A stretch of 21,554 nucleotides of DNA from an uncultured archaeon (GTDB lineage: Archaea > Asgardarchaeota > Lokiarchaeia > Sigyniarchaeales > SOKP01). Below, one piece after another: positions 17,933-21,554 of this stretch. Made by a program: the position numbers and the translations under genes. Each line of letters begins with the position of its first letter. Positions within the stretch are counted from its first letter, which is position 1. The stretch is taken from NCBI GenBank assembly GCA_964493715.1, contig CAZBPC010000059.1:1-21554 (forward strand). The letters run 5' to 3'. The notes below the pieces were generated by a model. That model saw nothing but the letters and a program-made list of their open reading frames with translations. It was not told the DNA's origin and ran no database searches.

Positions 17933-20668
17933 ATGGAAAACCCATCACCTTTAATCAAAATTTTAAATGATAATGAATCTAAAATTTTAACAAATGGTAA
18001 ATATAATAAAAATCAATTCGATTATTTAATACGTTCATTAACCCAAGCGGAAAGTTTACGATTCCAAATCTTAGAAAAAATTAAAGAAACAGGTAAAGTT
18101 GATGTTGAAAAAATTAAGTTGGAACTGGGGCTTTCAGATGAGATTGTAGAAATAAACATTGATTATTTAAGAGAATTAGGATTGTTAGGTTTTATAAATG
18201 AACATCCCAGATTTTTCCGAGAGATTATTGAAAATTCTGATCATCCTGGGATATTTCCAAGTACCCAACTAATTAAAGACAGAAATCTTTGTTGTGGATG
18301 TGGATTATGTGTAGCAATTTGCCCAGTTAATGCAATAGACTATTTAGAGGGAACTTTCAAAATTAATGAGGATAAATGTATAAAATGTGGCTTATGTTAT
18401 TCAGCTTGTCCGAGATCATTTTTTCCACAGCAATTAAATGAATTAGAGCAAAAAAATGATCAAAACGTTCAGTTTTCTGAACAATTTAAATATTATCGTA
18501 TGCTATGTACCGCCCAAACGACCGAAGAGAGAATTAAATCGGTGGCACAAGATGGAGGCATAGTTACAACATTATTAAAAACAGCATTTAAACAAGGTTA
18601 TATAGATGGTTCTTTTGCAGTTACTTTAGGGGACCAACCATTAAAACCCTTACCAATTTTTGTTGAAAACGAAGAATCTCTTTTAAAAACAGCTGGAACT
18701 AAGTACACCAATGTTCCATTATTAAAAATATTTTATGATGCGAAAGATCATAAAAAAATTGCAGTAGTAGGAACACCTTGCATAATGAAAGCGCTCAAAA
18801 AAATCTCAGCCCTTCCTTTAAATAAGCCTTTCTTTGACAATATAGCATTAAAGATTGGAGTTTTTTGTATGGAATCATTTGATTATCATAAAATTGAAGA
18901 GCTGTTAAAAAACGAGTTTAACGTGTATCCCTCTGATATAAAAAAGATGGATATAGATAAAGGTAAATTTATCATTTATGATCAAGATAGTAACATCTCT
19001 AAAATCCCTATTAAAAGTATTAAGAAATATGGACGATTTGGGTGTTTTTTTTGCGATGATTTAACAGCAGAACATGCTGATATTTCAGTAGGATCAATCG
19101 GTTCAGAACCTGGGTGGTCAACTGTAATAATTAGGACAAAAAAAGGCGAAGAATTTTGTCATAAAGCTTTTGATATGAAGTTAATTAGAAAAAAGGAAAT
19201 TGGAGAAGGAGACAAGAGTTTTGAAGATTTAAGTAAAATTGCTAAGTCAAAACAAAAGAAATTTATTGAATTTCGAAGGGTTAAGATGCTTCAACAAGAA
19301 CCCAGTGAAAGAATTAAAAATTTTGAAGAAGTTCCTTTTGGATTATCTGATGAAATGATGGAACGTGAAGTTCAACGATGTTTGCAGTGCGGTCTCCCGT
19401 TATGCGTTACGGGTTGCCCCGTTAATATCAGAATACCTGAATTTATTAAACTTCTTAAAGAAGAAAAATACATATCCGCTCTTTATAAAATTAAAAGTAG
19501 TAATCTTTTACCTGCTATCTGTGGACGCGTTTGTCCACAAGAAGTGCAATGTGAAAATTCATGTCTACTAGGATCTCTTGGAGAACCCATTGCTATTGGT
19601 TATTTGGAAAGGTACATTGCAGATTGGGAAAGAAGAAATAAATTAAAGGAATGCCCTGATTGTGCTGCTCCTACGGGAATAAAAGTTGCAGTAATTGGTT
19701 CTGGACCTGCTGGATTAGCATGTGCCGGAGAACTTGCAATGAGGGGATATGACGTAACTATATTTGAAGCATTTCATGCTGGAGGAGGTGTATTGACTTA
19801 TGGAATTCCCGAATTTAGATTGCCGAAGGAGATTGTCAAAGATGAGATAGAAACTCTCAAAATGATTGGTGTTAAAGTAAATTATAATGCAATCATTGGA
19901 AAAATCTTAACGATTGAAGATTTACAGGAAATGGACTTTAAAGCGTTTTTCATTGGAGTTGGAGCAGGATTACCAACCTTCTTAAATGTTTCTGGGTTGA
20001 ACTTAAATGGTGTTCTTTCAGCCAATGAATTCTTAACTCGTTCTAATCTAATGAAAGCTTATAGATTCCCCGAATATGATACACCAGTTAAAGTTGGTAA
20101 AATTGTTACGGTAATTGGTGGAGGGAATGTAGCTTTAGATTCAGCTCGAACTGCTTTAAGATTGGGTGCTGAACGAGTTATTATTGTATATAGGAGATCA
20201 GAAGCAGAAATGCCTGCCAGAAGGGAAGAATATCACCATGCTTTAGAGGAAGGAATAGATTTTCAATTTTTGACTAATCCTGTGAGATTTGTGGGTGATG
20301 AAGAAGGAAATGTAAGAAAAATGGAAGTTTTAAAGATGAAATTAGGTGAACCGGATCAATCTGGGCGTAGAAGCCCAATACCTATCGAAAATTCAGAATA
20401 CGCAATAGACACTGATATGATAATAGTCGCTGTAGGAACTAAAGCAAATCCAGTTCTTACGAAATCTATACCAGAATTAAAGATCAATAAATGGGGATAC
20501 ATTGAGACTAATGATGATGGTCAAACTAACATTGAGCATATTTTCGCAGGAGGAGATATTGTTACTGGATCTGCCACGGTGATTTCTGCCATGGGTGCTG
20601 GGAAAAAAGCTGCAAAAGCAATGGATGAATACTTAAGAAGAAAATATATCCCGGAAGAAAAAGACTAA
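17933..20668 (+). CDS. Fusion: winged-HTH-like segment + ferredoxin + FrhB-type F420-binding domain + NfnB/SudA large subunit
   Basis: Likely start ATG 17933 (GTGAGG upstream). CCGCGLCVAICP, CIKCGLCYSACP, AQDGGIVT, VGTPC, GVFCMESF, GCFFCDD..ADISVGS; then RCLQC..PLCVTGCPV, CGRVCPQEVQCE, YGIPEFRLP, AGGDIVTGSATVISAMGAG. Confidence 0.9.
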   Translation: MENPSPLIKILNDNESKILTNGKYNKNQFDYLIRSLTQAESLRFQILEKIKETGKVDVEKIKLELGLSDEIVEINIDYLRELGLLGFINEHPRFFREIIENSDHPGIFPSTQLIKDRNLCCGCGLCVAICPVNAIDYLEGTFKINEDKCIKCGLCYSACPRSFFPQQLNELEQKNDQNVQFSEQFKYYRMLCTAQTTEERIKSVAQDGGIVTTLLKTAFKQGYIDGSFAVTLGDQPLKPLPIFVENEESLLKTAGTKYTNVPLLKIFYDAKDHKKIAVVGTPCIMKALKKISALPLNKPFFDNIALKIGVFCMESFDYHKIEELLKNEFNVYPSDIKKMDIDKGKFIIYDQDSNISKIPIKSIKKYGRFGCFFCDDLTAEHADISVGSIGSEPGWSTVIIRTKKGEEFCHKAFDMKLIRKKEIGEGDKSFEDLSKIAKSKQKKFIEFRRVKMLQQEPSERIKNFEEVPFGLSDEMMEREVQRCLQCGLPLCVTGCPVNIRIPEFIKLLKEEKYISALYKIKSSNLLPAICGRVCPQEVQCENSCLLGSLGEPIAIGYLERYIADWERRNKLKECPDCAAPTGIKVAVIGSGPAGLACAGELAMRGYDVTIFEAFHAGGGVLTYGIPEFRLPKEIVKDEIETLKMIGVKVNYNAIIGKILTIEDLQEMDFKAFFIGVGAGLPTFLNVSGLNLNGVLSANEFLTRSNLMKAYRFPEYDTPVKVGKIVTVIGGGNVALDSARTALRLGAERVIIVYRRSEAEMPARREEYHHALEEGIDFQFLTNPVRFVGDEEGNVRKMEVLKMKLGEPDQSGRRSPIPIENSEYAIDTDMIIVAVGTKANPVLTKSIPELKINKWGYIETNDDGQTNIEHIFAGGDIVTGSATVISAMGAGKKAAKAMDEYLRRKYIPEEKD

Positions 20669-20824
20669 TCCACATTTCTTCATACTATTTTTGTTGTAAA
20701 AAAAACTACTTATTTTTTTGAAATTACTTCTAATAAGATTCTGATACATATTTAAGAACCTTTATCTAATAAGAAAACCTAACTTATCTTGCAAACAACC
20801 AACACAGTCAGAATTGAAAATTTA

Positions 20825-21554
20825 ATGAAACAAAAACATTCTCTCACAGCCAAGATGGGTCCATCCATTGGATCTTCAATACGAGATTGGATGAGATTGA
20901 CATTATCTAATGGATCTGTTGCACTGAAGTATTATCCACGCGTATTTTTAATTGATCTTTTAAGTACTTTTGGCATACCTTTCCGGGTTTATGAGAGATG
21001 GAGGTTTGATAAGATAGTAGAACAAATTGAACTGAAAAAACCTCCGATATTTATTTTAGGTCATTGGAGAAGTGGAACTACACACTTACATAATTTAATG
21101 GTTCAAGATCCTCAATTTGGATATGTTACAATGTTCCAAGCAGCCTTTCCAAAATCTTTTTTAGCAAATAAATTTTTTGAGAACTTTATGAAAATTTTTT
21201 TACCAGATAAAAGACCCATGGATAATATGAGATTGGGTTTGGATTTTGCTCAAGAAGAGGAGATGGCATTAGGCAACCTCTTTCCATACTCCTTTTATAA
21301 TGGATTCTACTTTCCAAGAAAATTAAAAGAATTTTATTATAAATATATCCGATTTGAAAACGTACCTAGTAGAATTAGGCAAAAATGGAACAAAGTTTAC
21401 AATTCTCTATTAAGAAAAGCCACACTTAACATGCATGGGAAACGTCTAATCTTAAAAAATCCCGCTAATACAGCTCGAATAAAATTTCTATTGGAACTAT
21501 ATCCCGAAGCCCAATTCATTCATATTTATCGCAACCCATATATCGTCTACATGT
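20825..21554 (+). CDS. Sulfotransferase family protein (partial, runs off the window end)
   Basis: Open frame from ATG 20825: PPIFILGHWRSGTTHLHNL (PAPS-binding loop), LKNPANTARI, FIHIYRNPY. Confidence 0.88.
   Translation, partial: MKQKHSLTAKMGPSIGSSIRDWMRLTLSNGSVALKYYPRVFLIDLLSTFGIPFRVYERWRFDKIVEQIELKKPPIFILGHWRSGTTHLHNLMVQDPQFGYVTMFQAAFPKSFLANKFFENFMKIFLPDKRPMDNMRLGLDFAQEEEMALGNLFPYSFYNGFYFPRKLKEFYYKYIRFENVPSRIRQKWNKVYNSLLRKATLNMHGKRLILKNPANTARIKFLLELYPEAQFIHIYRNPYIVYM

Noticed and set aside
2431-19571. Shadow ORFs (2431, 2886, 3604, 5182, 7152, 7749, 9301, 11431, 11469, 11751, 12197, 12291, 13313, 19365)
   Set aside because: Antisense or out-of-frame overlaps with well-supported genes; no motifs.
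15340-20400. Nucleotide similarity between the two GltD-like modules (about 15340-15620 and 20110-20400)
   Set aside because: Explained by conserved protein motifs with many synonymous differences; not a repeat element.
1-21554. CRISPR arrays, tRNA/rRNA genes, transposases, global UGA reassignment
   Set aside because: No periodic repeats, cloverleafs or transposase motifs seen. Trp is encoded by TGG and TGA still acts as a stop.

Overview
AT-rich archaeal window, most likely Lokiarchaeia (Asgard). This is inferred from a eukaryote-type SECIS, Rag-like GTPase remnants and the gene content. It is dominated by redox genes. The minus-strand cluster hdrA-mvhD/vhuD-fdhB-like is mis-called by the ORF track. 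hdrA (4156-6123) is one 655-aa gene with two in-frame UGA codons at Cys positions. A 157-aa mvhD (3669-4142), absent from the track, has two more. One eukaryote-like SECIS hairpin (3603-3660) follows. The MvhD CxxU motif is interrupted by a structured 30-nt in-frame insert. Next come a sulfur-relay set (MoeB/E1, TusA, MoaD/SAMP), an SBP-fold protein without a signal peptide, an AlkZ-like winged-helix protein, an alpha/beta hydrolase and a tungsten AOR with its Fe-S partner. Divergent from AOR is an unusual three-gene cluster: an HdrD-like protein with a GltD/NfnB-type module inserted inside its first CCG domain, NfnA, and an HTH-ferredoxin-FrhB-NfnB fusion (candidate F420-coupled electron-bifurcating system). 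Partial genes lie at both ends (TPR-like; sulfotransferase).
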